From positions 1-42,945 of the forward strand of contig JAKLKB010000049.1 in the NCBI GenBank assembly GCA_023150835.1: a stretch of 42,945 bases of DNA, in the 5' to 3' direction. Positions 10,564 through 18,668 of this stretch are shown one piece after another. The notes beneath the pieces are model-generated. The model searched no databases, was not told where the DNA came from, and worked only from the letters and a program-made list of their open reading frames with translations. Each line of letters starts with the position of its first letter. Positions within the stretch are counted from its first letter, which is position 1. The DNA comes from Myxococcota bacterium. GTDB taxonomy: Bacteria > Myxococcota_C > UBA6777. The translations under genes and the position numbers were made by a program.

Positions 10564-10575
10564 CGGAGGCTTACG

Positions 10576-11004
10576 ATGCAACAACGCTCCCGCCCCCAAA
10601 CCCAACCTGCGGATGCTCTTCAAGAGAAGTTGGGACTCTTTCTGCATCAGGCGAAAATTGATCAAGATGCAGATTTGAGCGACCAAATTCTCAGGCATCT
10701 TATGGCAAACAACCGCAACTATGTCTTGTTTCGCCACTCCTTGCTGTATTTCTTTAGCGGCGAAGAGATCAGAAACATCGAACAGACCTACGATCAATAC
10801 AAAGATCCAAACTACTGGCGTTTTGATGGAAAAAAAGTGACGAAGATCGATCCTGAATATTATTTAGGACCGACGCAATCTCGCGGATTTTGGGAGACCG
10901 AGAGCCAACAAACGGGGTGGTATGGAGCCGCCGATATCGAATACAGCAACAATAACAACAACAATAACAACAACAACGGCAACAACAACGGCAACAACGG
11001 TTAA
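10576..11004 (+). CDS. 142-aa hypothetical protein with aromatic-rich C-half and poly-Asn/Gly tail; candidate substrate or partner of the radical SAM enzyme
   Basis: RBS ggagg at 10565-10569; 12 bp after the rSAM stop and 5 bp before the next gene; ends YS-N10-G-N3-G-N2-G-stop. Confidence 0.85.
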   Translation: MQQRSRPQTQPADALQEKLGLFLHQAKIDQDADLSDQILRHLMANNRNYVLFRHSLLYFFSGEEIRNIEQTYDQYKDPNYWRFDGKKVTKIDPEYYLGPTQSRGFWETESQQTGWYGAADIEYSNNNNNNNNNNGNNNGNNG

Positions 11005-11009
11005 CTATC

Positions 11010-11732
11010 ATGACTCTTTCCATCAGAATCCTCGTGATGATCGTGCTGTCTTTTATTCTGTTGCATATCTGGATGAAGTCTCGTAAATTACGCAAAGAGA
11101 TCCGTCGTCTGCAAGAGTTGCCCCCCTTTGCAACCGATCTGCTCGACTGTTATGTTCATTTTCAGGGATACATCGCCACCCCAAACCAACACACCACCCC
11201 GATCTATCAAAAAGCTTGCGCCTTTTACATGAGCAGAATTCAGGCGAAGTGGGAAACCAAGGTCAAAAAGCCGGGCAAAGGCATGCAAACCAACACCAAG
11301 ACGCTCCACAACGAAAGCTCGCCGTCGAGCGTCATCGAACTGAGGGACGCTCAGGGACAAGAGGTTTCTGTCGATCTCAAAGAATTTGCCCCCCCGCTGC
11401 GCACCAAATCCGAGATGATGGATGTTTGTCCCGCGATTTGTGCAGAGAAAGTCGACCCCAAATACAAAAAGTACGATGTTTCGGAAAGGTGGTGCGCTCA
11501 TCAAGACAAGGTCAGCGTCTACGGCAAATTGATCCGAGACGACCAAGGGCAGTTGTGGTTAAAGCACACGGGCTACGAAAGTTATCCCGCGCTCTTTTTG
11601 ATCAGCGGACAGCAAGGACAACATCCCAAAAACCAGATATCGCTCCGACAAAAAGAAATGCCCGGAAGGTTTGGGTTTGTTTTGGTCGGTCTGATACTGT
11701 TCCTCTGTGCTGCTTCTTTCTTTATAGAGTAA
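11010..11732 (+). CDS. Membrane protein with a GIDE-like soluble domain between N- and C-terminal TM helices
   Basis: Hydrophobic termini; motifs YVHFQG, TPIYQKACAFY, IELRDAQGQEVSVD and ERWCAHQDKVSVYG resemble bacterial GIDE-domain proteins. Confidence 0.65.
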   Translation: MTLSIRILVMIVLSFILLHIWMKSRKLRKEIRRLQELPPFATDLLDCYVHFQGYIATPNQHTTPIYQKACAFYMSRIQAKWETKVKKPGKGMQTNTKTLHNESSPSSVIELRDAQGQEVSVDLKEFAPPLRTKSEMMDVCPAICAEKVDPKYKKYDVSERWCAHQDKVSVYGKLIRDDQGQLWLKHTGYESYPALFLISGQQGQHPKNQISLRQKEMPGRFGFVLVGLILFLCAASFFIE

Positions 11733-11740
11733 TCGGACTT

Positions 11741-11855
11741 AGACGATATCCGAGAGATCTGTGATCGTAGGAGAGTGCGTAAGCACACGATTCTTGGGCA
11801 GCCACGGAGGGCTGCCCCGACACCTTTGCGATAACGCAACGGGCGGATTTCGTAT
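11741..11855. repeat. Family A REP/MITE-like repeat copy
   Basis: acgatatccg ... gggcagccacggagggctgccc ... gggcggatttcgtat. Confidence 0.8.
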
Positions 11856-11891
11856 GATGCGATAGAAGTGTGCTTGAGGTGTCGGTGCATT

Positions 11892-12335
11892 TTACCCGTC
11901 ACTCCTTCGAGAAAAAGACTTTTTCCATTCCTTCTCTTGGATCAAAACAACGAAGAGAACTCCCAGCAAACAAAGGCAAAAGAGAGAGGTGTTGCGCACA
12001 AAGGAAACCGAATGCCTCAACCACAAGAGTTGGTTCACCAGAAGCAGAAGGAACACCAGCCGCACAGCAAAACGACGCACCAAACAATACAGCAGCAACA
12101 AGTAGCCCAAAGCCGTTAACAGCAGAAAAGCAGCTTGTGCGGTCGTGTGAGCGCTTTGACTGGCGAGAGATTCTGCTTGCTCTATCGTTTCCTTCGAGAC
12201 TGGTTTTTTTCCATGGGGTGTCTGCAAAGCGAAGCTTCCGGCGCGCAAAAACCCTGCCGCCCCAAAGAAGAACACAGCGGAAGAAAGGTGAACGAAAAAC
12301 AACAACACAACGATAGAGAATCCTAGAGTTTTCAT
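11892..12335 (-). CDS. Hypothetical membrane protein (about 4 hydrophobic segments)
   Basis: ATG-started 147-aa ORF with alternating hydrophobic helices; fills the gap between flanking elements; no family motif recognised. Confidence 0.5.
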   Translation of the reverse strand: MKTLGFSIVVLLFFVHLSSAVFFFGAAGFLRAGSFALQTPHGKKPVSKETIEQAESLASQSAHTTAQAAFLLLTALGYLLLLYCLVRRFAVRLVFLLLLVNQLLWLRHSVSFVRNTSLFCLCLLGVLFVVLIQEKEWKKSFSRRSDG

Positions 12336-12506
12336 CGGCTCTTCGGCGTTTTCCCCTTTCGGAAAGAGGGAGGAACAAGTGCCGTCCTTTCTTGATGTGA
12401 AGTCGGGAAAGAAAAAGATTGTGCTCGATTGTTTTTTCTAAAAAGAGAACTGGCGCAGAGGAGGACAAGACGCACAGTTCGAGGCGTTTCGAGAGGCTGC
12501 CCGAAC

Positions 12507-13040
12507 TCAACGTTTTCTAGCCTTTTCTCCAAAGAACGCATCGAATAGATCTTGGATATCCGCACCGCAACCATATCCCGCCACGCTCGCTTTCCACACG
12601 ATCTCTCGAAAGCGATCTTTCCAGACTTTCTGCGCTTCGTTGATCTCGACAAGTTGACAAGCATCCCGAAACGCAGCAACCATCGCACCGTAAAAATTGT
12701 CCTTGATGCCACCATACTGACCAACACACTCGGAGCCTTGTTCCACAAAATGCAACAACAGTTCAACAAGCCCTTCAAACGAAACGGCAACCCTTTTGTA
12801 TTGATTCACCGCCTTGCGGATGGTCGGCAGATCCAGTTTTCCAAATCCTTGGGGCGGTAAGATCTGGTTTTGAATGATCTTTTTGTACTTCGACAAAAGC
12901 TTAGCCTCATCCTCTGGGGAAGTTCTCGCTTGGTAGAACTCCTTGACATCTGGGAAGATCTTGATCAGATCGATGATCTCTTCGATCAACTGTTTTTCTG
13001 TCTTCTGGCTTAGATAGCTTCGAACGTCTCTGATTCCCAT
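12507..13040 (-). CDS. DUF6155-like helical protein
   Basis: Start re-assigned to MGIRDV (purine-rich RBS upstream); pattern KQLIEEIIDL...VKEFY...LLSKYKKII...FVEQGSE...YGGI..NFY resembles DUF6155. Confidence 0.75.
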   Translation of the reverse strand: MGIRDVRSYLSQKTEKQLIEEIIDLIKIFPDVKEFYQARTSPEDEAKLLSKYKKIIQNQILPPQGFGKLDLPTIRKAVNQYKRVAVSFEGLVELLLHFVEQGSECVGQYGGIKDNFYGAMVAAFRDACQLVEINEAQKVWKDRFREIVWKASVAGYGCGADIQDLFDAFFGEKARKR

Positions 13041-13093
13041 CTTTTGTGCCCTTCCTTTCTGCGCCCTCTGAAACCCGAGTCCAAGGATCGAGT

Positions 13094-13819
13094 ATGTCGC
13101 GTAGAGATGCCGTGTTGGTGGTCTTTTTGATCGCATTGGTGAGCTTTCTTGGTTTGCAGCGGCTGGTGGAGCGGTGCTTTTGGTACAAAGCACCTTCACA
13201 AGTGCGAGCCAAACGCGCAGCCATCGCCATTCGGGATCACGTCATCCCCTTCCAAAAATGGGGGACACGACAATTCACCCTGCCCTATCTCACGGCCTAC
13301 TACGACAAAGCATGGTACTTCACACAATCCAAGAAACACAACCACGCTTCAGCCTTTCTCGAACGACTCGACAAAGCCTTGGAGCGCTACGAAGCTGTGG
13401 ATCTCTTTCTCTTGGCGCATGGCAACCATTATTACCGATGGGTGAGCAAGATCCCTTGGCAGAAGCGCCAACGCCTGCGCTTGGTTTACAACACAGGCTG
13501 CAAAGACCTATGGCAGCGGCGTATGTGGATTGGGCTTGGAGCCAAAGCCTACATCAGCCATCCGGGAGTGAGCGCATCTCCGATCTTTTATGTTTATTTC
13601 TTGCGGCGTTGGACGTTGGGATTGCAGATCCCCGAAGCGATGGGTATCTCGAACCGTTCGATGGAAACGATCCTCCACATCGCAAGACCGATCCTGCCTG
13701 CACCGTACACTCCCGAACGTGTGTACCGCGAATCCAAGGCTTTTTGTTATGGACAATGCAACCTACACATCGATCAGCTCGACGCTTCAAGCCTCTCCCC
13801 CCCGCAGGATCGACCATGA
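13094..13819 (+). CDS. Membrane-anchored/secreted hypothetical protein with a possible clan CD (caspase-hemoglobinase fold) His-Cys dyad
   Basis: N-terminal hydrophobic helix after MSRRD; DLFLLAHG and LRLVYNTGC motifs; ATGA overlap with the next gene. Confidence 0.7.
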   Translation: MSRRDAVLVVFLIALVSFLGLQRLVERCFWYKAPSQVRAKRAAIAIRDHVIPFQKWGTRQFTLPYLTAYYDKAWYFTQSKKHNHASAFLERLDKALERYEAVDLFLLAHGNHYYRWVSKIPWQKRQRLRLVYNTGCKDLWQRRMWIGLGAKAYISHPGVSASPIFYVYFLRRWTLGLQIPEAMGISNRSMETILHIARPILPAPYTPERVYRESKAFCYGQCNLHIDQLDASSLSPPQDRP

Positions 13820-14190
13820 CCGACCCCATCCTCCCAAATCCACAAGCTCTGAGAAAAGAAAGCTCAAACTCCCTCAAACGTGCGCATCGATGGTGCTTGG
13901 GTGCCTTTTTGGTGCAAGGGTTACCGCCTTGGTTGTTGTTGGGACTGGCGCACCTTGCTTACGCGGAACCTTCGTTGTTTTCGGCGCGTTGGGAGGATAT
14001 CTGCACCTCTGCGTTGTTGGGGACGAGCGCCGTCTGCGGCTTGGGGATGGGTGGAGGCGGATTGTACTTGCTTTTGCGCAACAGGCCATGGCGACGCACA
14101 ACGTGGCTGTTTGGATTCCTCGGATGGATCAGCCTTTTCGCAGGGATCGTGTATGCACAAGCGCTGTTGATCTTTTGGGTGTGGTGGTGA
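13816..14190 (+). CDS. Small hypothetical membrane protein (about 3 TM)
   Basis: Start re-assigned to MTDPIL at the ATGA overlap with the upstream stop; three hydrophobic segments. Confidence 0.65.
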   Translation: MTDPILPNPQALRKESSNSLKRAHRWCLGAFLVQGLPPWLLLGLAHLAYAEPSLFSARWEDICTSALLGTSAVCGLGMGGGGLYLLLRNRPWRRTTWLFGFLGWISLFAGIVYAQALLIFWVWW

Positions 14191-14223
14191 CAAAGTGACA
14201 GCCCCCACAAGCGCTCAAATCCG

Positions 14224-14394
14224 ATAGGACTTAGGCATTTGGGCTGATGTTGTGGGGTGTGACGCCATGCCCCGCCATAGACTGTCGCCCCTTTCGGGGT
14301 CAAGGGGCGAACAGGTCACGGTTTTTCAAAACAACGGCGCTGTCGCTTGAGCGTTCGCGAACATGGCTTTTTTTGGCAACTGCGCAACTCCGAT
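14224..14394. repeat. Family B MITE-like repeat copy
   Basis: ataggacttaggca ... aactgcgcaactccgat imperfect terminal inverted repeats; internal gtggggtgtgac, ggggtcaagggg and gtcgcttga...gcgaaca motifs shared with other copies. Confidence 0.75.
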
Positions 14395-14411
14395 CCGATC
14401 TGAGCCAGATC

Positions 14412-14624
14412 ATACGAAATCCGAACGATGTGTACACAAAGGAGAGTACGTAGACGCCCTATGATTGGGCAGACACAGGGGTCTGCCCCTACATCTTTAC
14501 GATCACATAACACGATACCCGAGCGATCTGAGATCGTACGAGAGTGCGTAGACGCCCTATGATTGGGCAGACACAGGGGTCTGCCCCTACATCCTTACGA
14601 TCATACAACGGGCGGATTTCGTAT
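14412..14624. repeat. Family A element with an internally duplicated core
   Basis: Perfect TIR atacgaaatccg / cggatttcgtat; two identical cgtagacgccctatgattgggcagacacaggggtctgcccctacatc cores. Confidence 0.9.
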
Positions 14625-15553
14625 CACTCGCTATGAGGGCGAGAAGAAGGGTACAAAAAAGCCTCTTCCATGATCCGATAATAGGAGCGCTTCATACCCA
14701 GCCGATGATAGGCCGCGAGCGCAGGGGCGTTGTCTTCCTCGACGTACAGGCGCAGACCACAACATTGTGGATCGGCGATGGCCTGTTGGCGGATATGCTC
14801 GTGAAGCGCCCGATATACGCCGCGTTGACGATATGCTGCGTCCACATACACGCTCTGAATCCACCAAAAGTTTCCGTTGCGCCAATCGCTCCATTCGTAG
14901 GTGATCGCCAACTGCCCGACAAGCCGCTCTCCCTCCAAAGCCAACAGATAAAACCCCCGCGAAGGTTCCGCGATCATCGCAGTGACGCCTGCCAAGATGC
15001 GCGGCCATTCGAGCTTGATCTTCTCGGTTTCCCATGCAATGCCTTGATTGAAACGTGCGATGTGTTCGGCATCTTCGCGGCTCGCTTGGCGCAAGGCCAA
15101 ACGAAGCACCGTTGCATTTTTGGGCAAGGAGAGGTGATCTTGGGCAGTTTGTAGAGATACTTCTTCTTGAAGCCGCCGAACAGCCGAGATATCCGCAGGA
15201 GACCACGCAAGTTCATGTAGCTGCTCTCGTACCACCCATCGCACCGCAGCATGTTCGTGTGGAGTCGGTTCACCCGAACAGATGCGGGCTTCAAAAAGTC
15301 GCAGATCGACAAGGATCTGTTCATAAGCGTGTGCTGTCCGCTCAAAAGGCCCCAACACCTCGATCTCGCATCCAAGCTCCTCTCGGATCTCCCGTACCAA
15401 CGTCACTTCGGGGCTTTCGCCTGCCTCGATCTTCCCACCGGGAAACTCCCATAAATCGGGCATCGACATCGTCTTACCACGTAAAGCACACAATATCCGC
15501 CCCGCTCCATCGCGGATCACGGCTCCCACGACCTCGACACGTCGCTTCTCCAT
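14624..15553 (-). CDS. MutT/NudG-type NUDIX hydrolase fused to a GNAT acetyltransferase
   Basis: WEFPGGKIEAGESPEVTLVREIREELG Nudix box; C-terminal EWSDWRNG..WWIQSVYV..YRQRGVY..LRLYVEEDN..A..AYHRLGM GNAT; start re-assigned to MEKRRV. Confidence 0.88.
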   Translation of the reverse strand: MEKRRVEVVGAVIRDGAGRILCALRGKTMSMPDLWEFPGGKIEAGESPEVTLVREIREELGCEIEVLGPFERTAHAYEQILVDLRLFEARICSGEPTPHEHAAVRWVVREQLHELAWSPADISAVRRLQEEVSLQTAQDHLSLPKNATVLRLALRQASREDAEHIARFNQGIAWETEKIKLEWPRILAGVTAMIAEPSRGFYLLALEGERLVGQLAITYEWSDWRNGNFWWIQSVYVDAAYRQRGVYRALHEHIRQQAIADPQCCGLRLYVEEDNAPALAAYHRLGMKRSYYRIMEEAFLYPSSRPHSE

Positions 15554-15660
15554 CGCGTTCTCCCAACATCTCACAAAAGCGCAGAGGCTCGGCTTTACAG
15601 ACGGCCTATTCACGCCGCTTGTCCGTCGCGCTCTCCCTTCGCTGTGTGTTCAAAAAATCC

Positions 15661-15692
15661 TTGACAGCCTTGTCGCGTTTGTGGCTACATCC
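15661..15692 (+). promoter_or_regulatory. Candidate sigma70-type promoter for the his leader
   Basis: Perfect TTGACA at 15661-15666; the -10 is only weakly matched (ctacat/tacatc). Confidence 0.35.
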
Positions 15693-15749
15693 TGCGCAAC
15701 AAACACGCAAGCCCCTGTCTTGCCACCCACCCAACTACGGAAGAATCCA

Positions 15750-15812
15750 ATGCAACGCACACAACACCATCCGCATCCTCATCTCCAAGGAGTTTCCCCC
15801 TCCAAGATGTGA
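15750..15812 (+). CDS. hisL: His operon leader peptide MQRTQHHPHPHLQGVSPSKM
   Basis: 20-aa ORF with 4 His codons within 6 codons, ggaag RBS at 15739-15743, directly upstream of a terminator and hisG. Confidence 0.85.
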   Translation: MQRTQHHPHPHLQGVSPSKM

Positions 15813-15864
15813 CGGTGTGCAACACAACACCCAGCGTTTCAAGCAACGCCGCATCTTTGGAGGG
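15798..15864 (+). promoter_or_regulatory. Antiterminator helix of the his attenuator
   Basis: ccctccaagatgtgacg (15798-15814) pairs with cgccgcatctttggaggg (15847-15864) with one bulge, one mismatch and one GU; mutually exclusive with the terminator. Confidence 0.8.
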
Positions 15865-15880
15865 TGCGGCGTTTTTTTTT
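15845..15880 (+). terminator. Intrinsic terminator (attenuator) upstream of hisG
   Basis: aacgccgcatct / gggtgcggcgtt GC-rich stem ending in a run of 9 T. Confidence 0.9.
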
Positions 15881-15933
15881 ATATCGTATTCGTCGGCTGT
15901 ATCGTACTTTCACTTGCATGCATAGGAGTTTTG

Positions 15934-16797
15934 ATGAGCGATCCGATCTTGCACTTGGCGTTACCCAAAGGACGGATGCAAGACAACGTCTTTCGATTGT
16001 TGGCTGATGCCGGAATCCACGTCAAAATGGGTTCGCGCAACTACCGCCCCGCCATCTCGTTTGCAGGTGTCGAGGCCAAGATCCTCAAGCCCCAAAATAT
16101 CATTGAGATGCTGCACGCAGGTTCGCGAGATCTGGGCTTTGCAGGAGCCGACTGGGTCGCAGAAAAGCATGTTGAACTGGTCGAGCTGCTCGATACTGGG
16201 CTTGATCCTGTTCGCTTGGTTGCGGCAGCCCCGATCGATCTGCTCGAATCGGGTGTGCTCCCCAAACGCCATCTGGTGATCGCTTCGGAGTACGAACAGT
16301 TGGCCCTCCGCTGGATCCGCAAGAATGGCCTCAATGCCACATTTGTCCGCACCTACGGAGCCACCGAAGTATTCCCCCCCGAAGATGCAGACTGCATCGT
16401 CGACAACACCGCAACAGGCGCAACGCTGCGCAGCAACGGACTCCAGATCGTCGATCAACTGATGACTTCTTCGACGCGCCTATACGCCAGCCCTGAAGCG
16501 ATGGACAAGCCCCAAAAACGCGATGTGATCGAGCATATCGCTTTGTTGATCAAGGGCGTTCTCGAAGCACGCAAGCGCGTGATGGTCGAGATCAACATCT
16601 CAGGCGAGCAACTCGAACGATTGGTTGCGATCTTACCGTGTATGCGCGAACCCACCATCGCCCCCTTGCATGGATCAGCAGGATATGCGGTCAAAGTCGC
16701 CGTCCCACGGGCGGATCTGCCACACCTTATTCCACAGATTCGCGCTGCGGGCGGAACCGATATCGTCGTCACCACGCCCAATCAGATCATCCCGTGA
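15934..16797 (+). CDS. hisG: ATP phosphoribosyltransferase, long form
   Basis: LALPKGRM, DLGFAGADW, GATEVFPPEDADCIVDNTATGATLRSNGL and C-terminal regulatory domain; RBS aggag at 15924-15928; true start far downstream of the listed ORF start. Confidence 0.96.
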   Translation: MSDPILHLALPKGRMQDNVFRLLADAGIHVKMGSRNYRPAISFAGVEAKILKPQNIIEMLHAGSRDLGFAGADWVAEKHVELVELLDTGLDPVRLVAAAPIDLLESGVLPKRHLVIASEYEQLALRWIRKNGLNATFVRTYGATEVFPPEDADCIVDNTATGATLRSNGLQIVDQLMTSSTRLYASPEAMDKPQKRDVIEHIALLIKGVLEARKRVMVEINISGEQLERLVAILPCMREPTIAPLHGSAGYAVKVAVPRADLPHLIPQIRAAGGTDIVVTTPNQIIP

Positions 16798-16812
16798 ACC
16801 ACAGAGGACGCC

Positions 16813-18612
16813 ATGTCACAAAGCCCCACACTTCGGGTCGAACCAGCCTCACTCTTACAAGGTCGACAAGCCTATCGCGTCCCACGTCACGGCGCTCCGA
16901 TGGATCTGATCCTTGATGGTAGCGCATCTTATCCGCCCCCCGCTGCTTTGTTGGACGCGATGGCATCGCTGCGTGCGGATGATCTGGCTCGTTATCCCGA
17001 CACAACGCCGCTGGTGGATGCCCTTGCTGCACGCTGGTCTCTCGCTGCGCAACGCATCCTTGTTACCGCTGGCGTGGACGATGCGATCGATCGTTTGTCC
17101 AGAGCCATCTTGTCCGATGGTGCAGCGTTTTTGCTTCCGACTCCAACCTTCGAGATGCTCACGCATTACGCGACGATGGCCGGCGGCGTCCCCAAACGCT
17201 TGCCTTGGCCTGTCGGTGAACCCTACCCCACTCAAGCCGTGTTGGAAGCGATCACGCCCGAGGTCAAACTGATCGTCGCGATCAGTCCGAACAATCCGAC
17301 GGGATCGATCATCTCCCCCGAAGATATCGCCACGATCGCCCAAGCCGCTCCCCACGCCATCTTGTTGCTCGATCTCGCTTACGTCGAGTTCGCAGACCAC
17401 GACCCCACCTTGTTTGCGCTTCAATGGCCCAACGTCGTGGTCACGCGCACCTTTTCAAAAGCATGGGGAATCCCGGGATTACGTGTCGGCTACGCTCTCG
17501 GCGATCCCGATGTCATCGGATGGATGCGCACCGCTGGTGAACCTTATGCGGTCTCGACCCCCTCGATCCACCTCGCCCGCACACAACTCTCCCAACACAA
17601 AGCCCATCTCGACGCACACACCGCCCAAGTTCGCCTCGAACGCGCCTCGATCGAGCGCTTGTTTGCCGAATCCCACCTACCTGTCGCACGCTCACAAGCC
17701 AACTTCGTCTTTGCGCAAGCTCCCGATGCCTTCTGGGTGCGCGATGCTCTCGCAGGGATGGGCATCTCCATTCGAGCCTTCCCCGGCCAAGAGGCCCTTG
17801 CGGGCTGGTTGCGCATCACCTGCCCAAGCGATCCGACTGCACACCAACGCCTTGAACACGCCCTTCGTACGGTGTTTTCCCCACAAGTCATGCTCTTTGA
17901 TATGGATGGCGTCTTGGTCGATGTGTCGGGTTCGTATCGCCAATCGATCATCCAAACGGCTGCATCTTACGGTGTCACCGTGACAGGCGAAGATATCCGC
18001 CTCGCCAAAGCCGCTGGCGATGCCAACAACGATTGGAAACTCACGCAGCGACTTCTCGCCCAAGCAGGTATCACGGCCCCTCTCGACGATGTCACCGCAC
18101 GTTTCGAGGATCTTTACCAAGGAAGCCCCACACACGAAGGACTGCGCAGACGCGAGACCTTGCGCCTTGATGCGGCTTGGTTGGCCGCGCTACGCGAAGA
18201 GATGCCACTTGGGATAGTCACAGGACGCCCACGCCGCGATGCTTTGCGTCTACTCGAAGAACATCATCTGTCGCATCTCTTTGATGCAGTCGTGTGTATG
18301 GAAGATGCCCCTGCCAAGCCACGCCCTGATCCCGTCCACTTGGCCCTGCAAAAACTGGGGGCTTCGCGTGCGTGGCTGCTGGGTGATACGCCCGACGATC
18401 TGTGGGCCAGTCGCCACGCTTCTGTCCTTCCCATCGGCATTATCGCCCCGGGCGAAGATCCCTCCAAAGCCACAGCAACCCTCACTTCGGCGGGTGCAGC
18501 GCGTGTCCTTCATGACCCAGCAACCTTGATGGCTCTGCTGATGCTTCGCCCCAAATCCACCAACGCCCGCCATCTTTCGCCTTCTCTCGCTCCCACAAAG
18601 GCCACCCCATGA
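16813..18612 (+). CDS. hisC: Histidinol-phosphate aminotransferase fused to a C-terminal HAD-IA phosphatase (probable histidinol-phosphatase)
   Basis: [30 protein letters not shown] (PLP Lys); then [16 protein letters not shown] and GDTPDD HAD motifs. Confidence 0.9.
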   Translation: MSQSPTLRVEPASLLQGRQAYRVPRHGAPMDLILDGSASYPPPAALLDAMASLRADDLARYPDTTPLVDALAARWSLAAQRILVTAGVDDAIDRLSRAILSDGAAFLLPTPTFEMLTHYATMAGGVPKRLPWPVGEPYPTQAVLEAITPEVKLIVAISPNNPTGSIISPEDIATIAQAAPHAILLLDLAYVEFADHDPTLFALQWPNVVVTRTFSKAWGIPGLRVGYALGDPDVIGWMRTAGEPYAVSTPSIHLARTQLSQHKAHLDAHTAQVRLERASIERLFAESHLPVARSQANFVFAQAPDAFWVRDALAGMGISIRAFPGQEALAGWLRITCPSDPTAHQRLEHALRTVFSPQVMLFDMDGVLVDVSGSYRQSIIQTAASYGVTVTGEDIRLAKAAGDANNDWKLTQRLLAQAGITAPLDDVTARFEDLYQGSPTHEGLRRRETLRLDAAWLAALREEMPLGIVTGRPRRDALRLLEEHHLSHLFDAVVCMEDAPAKPRPDPVHLALQKLGASRAWLLGDTPDDLWASRHASVLPIGIIAPGEDPSKATATLTSAGAARVLHDPATLMALLMLRPKSTNARHLSPSLAPTKATP

Positions 18613-18668
18613 CTTCACACAAGCTCTACTCCCATCGCCACCTCCTAGAAACGCGGGCCACCCGATGA
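18609..18668 (+). CDS. 19-aa bridging mini-[22 protein letters not shown]
   Basis: ATGA overlap with the hisC stop and ATGA overlap with the hisB start; open throughout; 3 His codons. Confidence 0.5.
   Translation: MTSHKLYSHRHLLETRATR

Noticed and set aside
15055-15933. 293-aa N-terminal extension of HisG
   Set aside because: Overlaps the opposite-strand NUDIX-GNAT gene and the attenuator; HisG homology and the RBS start at 15934
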